From Octopus vulgaris (lineage: Eukaryota): 64,000 bases of DNA. The translations under genes and the position numbers were made by a program. A model generated the notes under the pieces. It was given only the letters and a program-made list of their open reading frames with translations, had not been told where the DNA came from and did not search any database. The stretch's first letter is position 1. The number at the start of each line of letters is the position of its first letter. Below, piece after piece: positions 50,097 to 60,077 of the stretch. The DNA is taken from contig OX597822.1 in NCBI GenBank assembly GCA_951406725.2, positions 60,636,001 to 60,700,000 of the forward strand, given 5' to 3'.

Positions 50097-51372
50097 TATT
50101 TGAAGCGCCTCAAACTTCTCTTGAAAACAAAACTCCAGGAAACTTGTGATTGCCATCAACATATGGACTATTGCTGTAGTCCGTTATAGCGCACCCCTCA
50201 TAAAATGGACATGAGCTGAGATTAACCAACTCAATCACACTACCCGAAAGACAAGGACAATGCATGGTACCCTCCACCTTAAGGCAAATGTACACAGGCT
50301 CTACATGAAGAGGTGCAAGGTGGATGTGAGTTGATTAGCGTACAGTAGTGCATCAACAGTGACAGAAGAAACATGACAGAATATTTGGTAAACAGCCAAC
50401 AAGACTTGCTACAGTAGGCTGCTAATACAGAACGATTTACCAAAAATGGACTTGAGAGTGCAAATGAATTCCAATCATGAATAGCCAACGAGAAAGAAGA
50501 AACTCTACTCCGAGTGGAATTACATAGTCAGTTCCACTGTGAAACTAACAACTTAAATGACCAGGAAGCATCATGGAGATGGCTCAGCAAGGGTGACCTA
50601 GAAAAGAAGATTGAAAGCCTAACTATCGTTGCCCAGGATCAAGTATTGAATACCAACTCAGTGAAAAAGGATATATACTACATAAGTGCAACGAACCTCT
50701 GCAGAATGTGTAGGAAAAAGGTCGAAAGAGTGACTCACACTGCTAGTGCTTGTGAAAGTCTTGAGCAGAAAGAGTACACACGCAGACACGACAAAGTAGC
50801 CCAAAACCTTCACTCGTTACTATGCCGAAGTATTATAAGGTAATGGGTGCTTGGTACCAAAATACACCGGAAAAGATAATGGACAAAAAGGGGAAGGCAA
50901 AAATCCTCTGGGACTTTAACTTTGAAACTGACAAGGTGTTAGAGCACCGAAGGCCGGATATAGTAACCTTTAGGAGGGACAAACGTGAGTACCTAATAAT
51001 CGACATGGCAGTGCTAGAAGATCAACATATCATCATGAAAGAAAGAGAAAATATTGATAAATATGAAGACTTGAGAATTGAGATCACCAAGATGTGACAG
51101 CTACGAGAGTCAAATATAAAGGGTGTCCCTATTGTCATTGGAGCATTGGGTTTAATACCACCCAACTTGAAGAAACATCTGGAGGCTTTAGAAATACCCT
51201 ATAATCTAGATGTATTGCAAAAATCGGCATTACTTGGAACTGCATGCATATTGCGTAAAGTATTGCCTGTCTCAGGTGCTTGTTGTAACTTGACAGGCAG
51301 TACAAATCCCTGGTAGACACAATATCTTCAACCAACAACATCACGATATTGGATATTGTGGGACATATTAAA
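50097..51372 (+). mobile_element. R4/Dong-like element E, 3' part
   Basis: AQDQVLNT, CRMCRKKVERVTHTASAC, RRHD, EHRRPDIV..IIDMAV..KYEDL. Confidence 0.88.
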
Positions 51373-51384
51373 TAATAGTAAAAA

Positions 51385-51683
51385 TATTGAATTGACAATG
51401 AAGATTGCTGCAATTGGCCTAGACACTTACCTGAAAAACTCTGAGGACTAGATACTAAAATTTGTCTTGAAGCATAAAAACAAGAAAACTACATACTCAG
51501 TAACAAATGAAAAAATAGAAAAAAAAAGGGAAAAAGTAACAACAAACCTTTTGATTATATTCAATTACTGTTTCACTATCTTCTTCCTGTGTGAAAATAA
51601 GTCCCGAAAATTATTCTTATACGGTTAAACTTATCCATATTGTACCATGGAGAACAATATTAAAACTGTTTCAATACATAAAC

Positions 51684-51690
<7 letters not shown>
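51385..51690 (+). mobile_element. Short internally deleted Dong derivative ('family Y')
   Basis: ..ELTMKIAA..TYLKNSED thumb fragment joined to the tail aacaacaaacctttt..aaaattattcttatac..aatattaaaact; matches 53630-53960, and the tail alone occurs at 36765-36935. Confidence 0.75.
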
Positions 51691-51732
<42 letters not shown>

Positions 51733-51733
<1 letters not shown>

Positions 51734-52275
51734 TACCAGGCAGTGGCTCTCATGGCTTCTGATCTTAACTGATTGGAAGTGTTATCATGTACATTGTTTT
51801 GTCTTGGTATAAAAGATGGGCTACAGCAAATATTCTGCTCAATACCACAGATTTGCTTGTCAGTTGTTTGACCTTAACCAGTTGACCATGTCCCTTAGTG
51901 GCTGACGATATGTGCATCTCTGATCACGAGCAGAAGTAGTGGGGGAGCATCATAGCCATGTGTTGAGAGGAATTCTTTGGGGTTTGATAATTCACCTCTG
52001 GAAACATGGGTGGTTCTTTCAGCATCCTTAAACAACCCTTATTCATGGACCTTTTGAGCGGGATGGGCTACTCAACCTGAAGAAAATTCTAACTGGGCCC
52101 CACCTGCAAGGTCATGTGCTGTTTATCTTGATATGAGATCACCATGTCGCGCACATATGGTTGTGATGCATGTGCCTGGTGTACCTTTATCAGACGGGTA
52201 GTCATGATGGGTATATTGGGCTTCGTATATTTTACCCCAGTGTCACTTTGATGGCATGAACTGCTCTCTCACTCA
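51733..52275 (+). mobile_element. Family X copy (well preserved) inside (TAA)n
   Basis: (TAA)n on both sides; ends ctctctcactcaataataat. Confidence 0.9.
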
Positions 52276-52317
52276 ATAATAATAATAATAATAATGATGA
52301 TGATGATGATGATGATA

Positions 52318-53470
52318 CTCGTTGAAAACCATGAAAGATACAAGAAGCTTCATTCTGTTATGAAGAAGAGCAAAAAATTTTCAAATGAATTTATGCATAA
52401 TACCCAGGTTGAACAGCATGATGGAAGTGCAGCAATTGTAGTTGCAAAGAAGGTGAAAACAATAGCAAAGCAAAATGCTTTTCAACAATTGAATGATAGG
52501 TGAGAACAAAAACCTCTGCCTGGCAAATATGTGGCCCGTAGCAAACAAGCTGATGTAGTCCAGAAGTACACCCATCAGGAGCTCAGGACTAAAGGCAGAG
52601 ACTGAAGGCTTTATCTTGGCTGCCCATGATCAGAGCTTATTAACCCGGAGCTATCAAGCCAATGTGATAAAAAATTATGTAGACTTAAAGCACTGATACT
52701 GCAATGATGGGATTGAAACAATGGACCACCTAATCTCTGGATGTAAGGTTTTAGCACCTGTAGAGTACAAATCAAGACATAACAGAGTTGGCCAATATCT
52801 TCATTGGACAATGTGTCGGCATTATAAAATCAAAACTGCTGACAAATGGTAAAAGCATCACCCTGAGGCTGTAACTAAGGGAGAAAATGTAACTATTCTT
52901 TGGGACTTCCCAGTATGTACAGATTGGTCCATCAAAACAAATAAACCAGATATTGTTGTGGAAGACCAAAACAATAAAGTTTGTTTATTGATTGACATGA
53001 GCATAGCCTGGAGACCATAATATCTCAGCAAAAGAATTTGATAAGCTCAGAAAATATAAAGTTGTTAATCGAAATCGAAAAGATGTGGCATCTCAAGACG
53101 GTTACGATACCAATGATTGTAGGAGCACTTGGAATGATCAAAAAAGGGATCTGAAAATTATTTAAGAATGATCCCTGGCTTACCATCTATGCAGGAAGTG
53201 CAAAGGATTGTTTTAACTGGTACGTCACACGTACTGAGAAGAGCATTGTTGCTGTGAGTTTTCTTTTTTTTTTTTTCCATTTTATTTTCTTTGTCTACCT
53301 TTTTATATTTTATTTTTATTTTTTCTCTGTCTTTCTTCCCCTTTTTTTTCTATCACATGACTTTGTAAATGAACAATCTGGTGTTTATTTTAATGGCCTA
53401 CATATGTATACAGTGCGTTTTTCTGCCCTAGGTGTCAAGAAGACACTCAGCAAGAAATGGAAATAGAACT
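52318..53470 (+). mobile_element. R4/Dong-like element F, 3' part
   Basis: GLKAETEGFILAAHDQSL, SRHNRVGQYLHW, LWDFPV, KTNKPDIVV..LLIDMS, VQRIVLTGTSHVLRRALL*. Confidence 0.88.
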
Positions 53471-53504
53471 GAAAGATGATAATGAAAATAACAGTAATAA
53501 TAAT

Positions 53505-53960
53505 TGTTGTGTGGGAAACAGTAAGCAAAGATATAGACAAATGGCTGAAGGAGACTGGAATAGAATGCCCAGTAGAGCTCCTGCAGAAAGTTTGTCACTT
53601 AGAGACATCAAGGATTGTCAGGAGAATAGAATGAACCACCATAAGACAGATGTAGAACGACTTTACTTACTAAGAAAAGAGGGTGGCCGTGGACTTTTAC
53701 AACTTGAATTGACAATGAAGATTGCCGCAACCGGCCCAAATACTTACCTGAAAAACTCCGATGACTGGATTCTAAAACTTGTTTTAAAGCATGAAACAGA
53801 TGAAAAAATAGATGAAAATCAGAAAAAAGAGGAAAAACTAACAACAAACCTTTTCTTTTTCTGAATTTTCTATTTCACTGTTTTCTTCCTGTATGAAAAT
53901 ATGCCCCAAAATTTATTCTTATACAGTTAAACTTCTTCATATTGTACCAAGGAGAACAAC
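53505..53960 (+). mobile_element. Dong 3'-end scrap plus family Y copy
   Basis: GTVSKDIDKWLKETGIECPVELLQKVC (same family as 4249), then HHKTDVERLYLLRKEGGRGLLQLE..LKHE joined to the Y tail. Confidence 0.75.
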
Positions 53961-53987
53961 AACAGCAACAACAACAATAACAATAAC

Positions 53988-54022
<35 letters not shown>

Positions 54023-54024
54023 TA

Positions 54025-54470
54025 ATATTCTGCTCAATACCACAGATTTGCTTGTCACTTGTTTGACCTTAACCAGCTGAGCATGTCCCTTAGTGGCTGA
54101 TGATATGTCTATCTCTGATCACGAACAGAAGTAGTGGGGAAGCATCATAGCCATAGTTGAGAGGAATTCTTTGGGATTTGGATAATTCACCTTTGGAAAT
54201 ATGGGTTTTTCGTTCAACATCCTTAAACAAACCTTATTTAGGGACCATTTGAGCGGGTTAGACTACTCAACCTAAAGAAAATTCTAACTGGGCCCCACTT
54301 GCAAGGTCATGTGCTGTTTATCTTGACATGATATCACCATGTCGCGCACATATGGTTGTAATGCATGTGCCTGGTGTATCGTTATCAGACGGGTAGTCAC
54401 CATGGGTATACTGGGCTTTGTATATTTTAACCCAGTGTCACTTTGATGGCATGCACTGTTCTCTCACTCA
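54025..54470 (+). mobile_element. Family X copy, 5'-truncated
   Basis: Similarity to 51733-52275; (TAA)n flanks. Confidence 0.88.
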
Positions 54471-54509
54471 ATAATAATAATAATAATAAACAAAAAAATG
54501 AAATGAGAG

Positions 54510-56970
54510 TGTAGTGACGCTATACAGCGGCGCATGCGCGAAGCCCCGGAAGAAGGACCATTTGCCTACGTGGCAGTTAGCCGAGGCAAGGGGATCGTAG
54601 GACGTTGACCAGCAGCAGTCATCGACTTGAGACATGGCTATCGAAGGTACAACACGTATATTCTCTCTGTCCATTTATGATAGCAGTCGGCCGAAGGCTT
54701 TAACCAAATTGTTGCCGACCACATCATCTTCCTTTCTCCGGACGTCATCTTTGACAAGTGTCGTTTTGCATTTGAACACTTTCTTATTCTACAACGATAA
54801 GGTTCAGCTGAGACACATCTATACCAAAGGTATGCCAGATACACCAATTATCTGTTACCACATAAGAGAATAAAGTAGATATATATATTTTACGTCTGCG
54901 TCTTGTTGTTTCTGACTGGTAGAGAATCTGGATTATTAAAGCAACGGATAGTGATTGCTTCTCGCACCCCCAAAAGGTCCAGAGAAGATATTCACACTAG
55001 TTCGTTACACTGGTGACCCCCGACGTGATTCTGGTCTAAAACCAGAGATCACTTAACAACAAAGAAATCCAGTTTTCTGCAAGTCGGAACACGATTAACT
55101 CTACGCATTCATCTTTCGACGATTTGTTTTCCTGTCACCACAAACAGTTATAGAAGGAGCCTCTTTTTTATTCTTCAACATAATGACGGACGCCATCATA
55201 TCATCGATGCTTTTTCTCTGCCTTCGTCATCATCATCGTCGTCTTAGAACTTCACGTCGTCGTTATCTTCGTTGCCATCAACACTAAGAACAATGTTGTC
55301 TCAAGTCCACGCCACAGTCGCCTCCACCACCGTCGCCTTTCAACACCGTCGACCAAGATGTACATAGCAACTCGCGGAACTTTAGCTTTCACGCTGTTCG
55401 TGCATAGCGCGCCAAGGATTTACAGCACAGTCTATCTGCGAGATTCTTCTGTAACGATTTAACCTGTCACAGCATCGAAGCTACAACCGCTACACATTGT
55501 GTTCAACCGGCATCTGCATTTGTGATTTCAACATTCTGTTACAGAACGAACTGCTATTGTGCATCAGGCTATTACGGACTGGTAAATTAACTCCATTGTC
55601 TGAGATAGCCCTGAGAGACTTTTTCTATGCGCTGTATTTTTATTTTTGCTCGCATTCACCTTGTATGTATTTCTGTCGCACACACGTACACACACATAAA
55701 TGCTATCTCTCTCACATACATACGTCACACATGCTTTTCTCGCTTGTTTTTTCCATGCTAAATTTGCCTTTTGTGGACACACCTCATTTCTATAGACCCT
55801 AGGGGTCACGTATACATAGAGAGGGTTGTTTGTCCATTATAACGCGCCGACATGCCATACTTTTGTTCCTGTACGAACGAGGCATATAATCGCTCAACCA
55901 CTGGCATATTCATTGCTGTTTTTTCGGTCTGGCAAGCCCTATTGCATTTCATGCGCCTTTGCTTCGCACGTGTATTGCCTTGTTTTTGCAACACGTTTGC
56001 GTTAGCTTAATTCTTTTCCCTGTTAGACCCCTGTTGGTCACGTAATTAACAGAGAAAATTATCTGTGTCGCGCATCACACCAGCATGCTTGCACTTTTGC
56101 CTTTGTGTTACTAGCGATCTATCTGTCGATTCCATTTCCTCTCCTGCAGCAATTGATTTAACTGCTATTTCGCAGGACCAACCACCTTTAGAGGAGTTGG
56201 ATTTAATTTCGCCTAGGTACATTAACTGTGAGTTTTGCTTTCCTTCCGCTGGTCAGCGGAAGGCTTTTTACTTTGTGACGTATCCACTTTCATGCATGCA
56301 CTTTTGAATTTTGCTCATTTTGAGTATTTTTTCCTTTTGGTGAATTTCTTATGTATGATGTAAAATTTTGCCATTTTTATTATATTGTGTGCTATTTGGT
56401 TATCTGGTGTCCACCTTGAGTTTTATAGTCACTACAGGGAATTTTGTGTCGTGCTTCGCACTGGGGTGGAGCTCTGTAGTGACGCTATACAGCGGCGCAT
56501 GCGCGAAGCCCCGGAAGAAGGACCATTTGCCTACGTGGCAGTTAGCCGAGGCAAGGGGATCGTAGGACGTTGACCAGCAGCAGTCATCGACTTGAGACAT
56601 GGCTATCGAAGGTACAACACGTATATTCTCTCTGTCCATTTATGATAGCAGTCGGCCGAAGGCTTTAACCAAATTGTTGCCGACCACATCATCTTCCTTT
56701 CTCCGGACGTCATCTTTGACAAGTGTCGTTTTGCATTTGAACACTTTCTTATTCTACAACGATAAGGTTCAGCTGAGACACATCTATACCAAAGGGATGC
56801 CAGATACACCAATTATCTGTTACCACATAAGAGAATAAAGTAGATATATATTATTTACGTCTGCGTTTTGTGTTTCTTTGACTGGTAGAATCTGGATTAT
56901 TAAAGCAACGGAAAGTGATTGCTTCTCGCACCCCCAAAAGGTCCAGAGAAGATATTCACATTTCCTTACA
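54510..56970 (+). mobile_element. Non-autonomous LTR retroelement (no coding capacity seen), tRNA-Trp primed
   Basis: Near-identical ~495-bp LTRs (54510-55009, 56476-56970; TGTA..TACA); PBS TGGTGACCCC(C)GACGTGAT complementary to the tRNA-Trp 3' end; purine-rich tract ggggtggag before the 3' LTR; AGAG TSD at 54506-54509 and 56971-56974. Confidence 0.92.
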
Positions 56971-56974
56971 AGAG

Positions 56975-57160
56975 TGTCCCAAATAGTACAAGAAAAGTAT
57001 TCGAAAGGTTCTTGAAAGAAAACTGAATGGGGATAGGGAGGGTGAGAAAGGTTTCATCAGTTGCCAGGATTGTATAGAAACAGAGGAAAACAGCTTAGGG
57101 TGGTATATAAAAAATACCGTGGAACCATTGTTGAAGCATGTGAAGAAGTCTGGTGTCACT
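56975..57160 (+). mobile_element. Dong-like fragment interrupted by the LTR element
   Basis: ..CIETEENSLGWYIKNTVEPLLKHVKKSG resembles element D 49060-49150. Confidence 0.6.
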
Positions 57161-57777
57161 GCAAGAATTCTTCATAGGGTTCTTGAAGCATGGCCAGTAA
57201 GCAAGCGTCACCTTAGTCTGCTGGCTGTGGACAGCTAACATTTTCCATCATACCCAGCAAAATGAGCTGAGAGTTTTCATCAAATAATAATATTAAAAAA
57301 ATAGCTTCCTTCATATGCGCCGCCACAGCAAGACATGCGTGGAAATGTAAACATGTGGGCTACAATATCTCTATACCAAAATTGCAAAACTGTGAGTAAA
57401 CATTTTATGATGTATGCAACCATATCTCTACAAATCCTCTATACCTATGCATATTGCTGTTTCTCGGATTCTCGCTTATACATCAACGATAATTATAAAG
57501 TTTATATAACCCACACACGGATGCGTGCAGGGAAGGATAGTGAGCTGTCTGGGAAGATATATCAAATCTGAAACCATCACGAAGCAGGAATGAAGAAGCC
57601 ACAAGAACAATGAAAGAAGACCATGTTTTAATACAAGGCATCTCAGTAAACCGAAAGATTTTTCTTATATGGAGTATATATATATGTAGTGCATCTTGCA
57701 GGTATGAAGTGGATTCGATCCACCATAGCCAGATTTAAATTAACATTCAATAGGACTCTTCTCACGGTGGAACAATG

Positions 57778-58341
57778 TGTAGTGATCCTATACAACGGCG
57801 CACGCTCGCGCACCGTCCATTTGTATTTCGCGCGTGCGGGGTTGGTGCTTTCACCACCGGAAGAAGAACCCTTTTGCCTACGTAGCAGTTAGCCGAGGCA
57901 AGGGGATCGTAAGACGTTGACCACCAGCGTCCAGCAAGCAGCGACTTGAGACATGGCTATCGGAGGCAACGGTCACGTATATTTTTCTCTCTGTCCGAAT
58001 TTGATTCTAGCAGCAGTCGGCCGAAAGCTTTTAACCAAATTGTTGCCGACCACATCATCTTCCCTGTTCCGGACGCCATCTTTAACCCGTTCTGTTTTTA
58101 GCGGCTGAACATTGTAAATATTACAATCGATTAACTTTCAGCCTTGCGCGCCCAGAACCAAGGACATCAGATATACCACTGATTTCTCACCGGTATAAAA
58201 CAATAAAGTATATCTATTTTTTACGTCTGCGTCTTGTTGTTTCTGACTGGTAGAGAATCTGGATTATTAAAGCAACGGAAAGTGATTGCTTCTCGCACCC
58301 CCAAAAGGTCCAGAGAAGATATTCACACACATTTCCTTACA
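57778..58341 (+). mobile_element. Solo LTR of a related subfamily
   Basis: TGTAGTG..CCTTACA, homologous to the 54510 LTR; AATG TSD at 57774-57777 and 58342-58345. Confidence 0.92.
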
Positions 58342-58734
58342 AATGTTTTGTTTTGTTTTTTCAGTGACAGCAGTTTTACATATGCCAGATGCCTTTAGCT
58401 AGGCCGAAATAATGCCTTCACCATTTCTACTTCACCAAAAGCTAGAATAGAGATATCGCAGTACCACCAACGAAGCCCATTTTTCTCAACGATATGTCTA
58501 TCCTTCTGGATAGTTATAAAAGCAAGACCCACAAGCAAAAACCAGTTAGTGACTTGGAGACAACTGAGTTAGTCACCTTGGGGACAAACTCTTGAGTTTA
58601 GAGAGAGCTAACATCAGTTAGTGAACCGACCACTAGAATCATGGAAGCAGGCAGACAAACGACCAGAGGGAAAAAGAAAGACAACGTCCCACACTTTCTC
58701 ACTCTCACTAGCTCTAATTATGTTCTCTTACAAC

Positions 58735-58811
<77 letters not shown>

Positions 58812-59993
58812 TGCTACTAAACAATGACGAGAACGCAAACACAAATTATGCAAGGAAAATCTATATCTATCTTTACTTCGCATGCTTTACGATTTTATCA
58901 CCCGCCCGTCGAGGCAAAGTATTGTATAATGTAACTGGTAAAAATAAATATTTCCTTAAAACTTCATGCATTGTTCATCTTTCACATCTTACAATATGCT
59001 GTTACACTAATTAAGTCCACCGTTACATATATATATATATATATAATAGTTTCACTCGGGTACGCTGCCACAGCAAAACGTGCATGAAAATGTAAACACG
59101 TGGACTGCAATACCTCTATACAAAAACTGTGAGTAAACTTTTAGTCACATATGCATCCATATTTCTACAAATCATCTGTACATATGCACACTGTTGTTTC
59201 CCAGTTTCTTGCTTATGCACTAATAATAATTATAAAGTTTATTCTACCCACACATGGACACATACATTATTTAAATGTCTTCAACCAAAGAAGCAACGAG
59301 CCTCATTCCTCTGAACTAGAAAGGAACAACTATGATCAGTGTTAGGGGGGAAAATCTAGAAATAGAGAACAACGAATAAAGGAGAAAGTAATAGTAGTGA
59401 ATTTCGTCCAGTGAGCCCCGGGTAATCACAATTCGAAAGAAACTTCAACACATGTCCAGATGCGGTGTTTTGTCAAAATAAACCCTGTAAAGGCCGACCC
59501 ATCTTTTAATGTCACTGTCCAAATGAATAATAAAACCAAAAACGAGCGAGATACGGATAACCATGACTACAGTAAAGTGGTTAACGTATGCTACAGCGCA
59601 ACACTTCCCCCAAAATCATACAGGAATAAACTCATACAATAAGTACTCAATAAAGTGAACAAACCCCATAATATGTACCATAGAAGCCCGATACCCAATA
59701 GAAGAACACAACCTGTACTGCACAAGCAACACACAATGCAAACACTAATACAACAGAATAGTGAAACTAAACCCCATGACAAAAGTTACTGATACAATAC
59801 AATACAATATTCCCCAAACGTAACAAAAGAAAAATGCTGCACACACCTCTCCCGCAGAAAAGTGCAGCAAGTGATGCAATAGAAGTTACTTGAAACTACC
59901 AGATGTCAAATAAAAAATATATAAACTTTGGCAAATTAGAATAAACATAAAACGATGTTTTATGGGGTGTCTATTTACTTCTGTCATGTCTGT

Positions 59994-60066
<73 letters not shown>

Positions 60067-60077
60067 TACATACATAT

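Noticed and set aside
54468-56838. Duplicated 68-79-aa ORFs suggesting a tandem gene pair
   Set aside because: They lie within the two LTR copies and show no recognisable protein features.
59955-60077. His-Thr repeat N-terminus of the 930-aa ORF
   Set aside because: In-frame read-through of the (CA)n microsatellite upstream of a 5'-truncated LINE.
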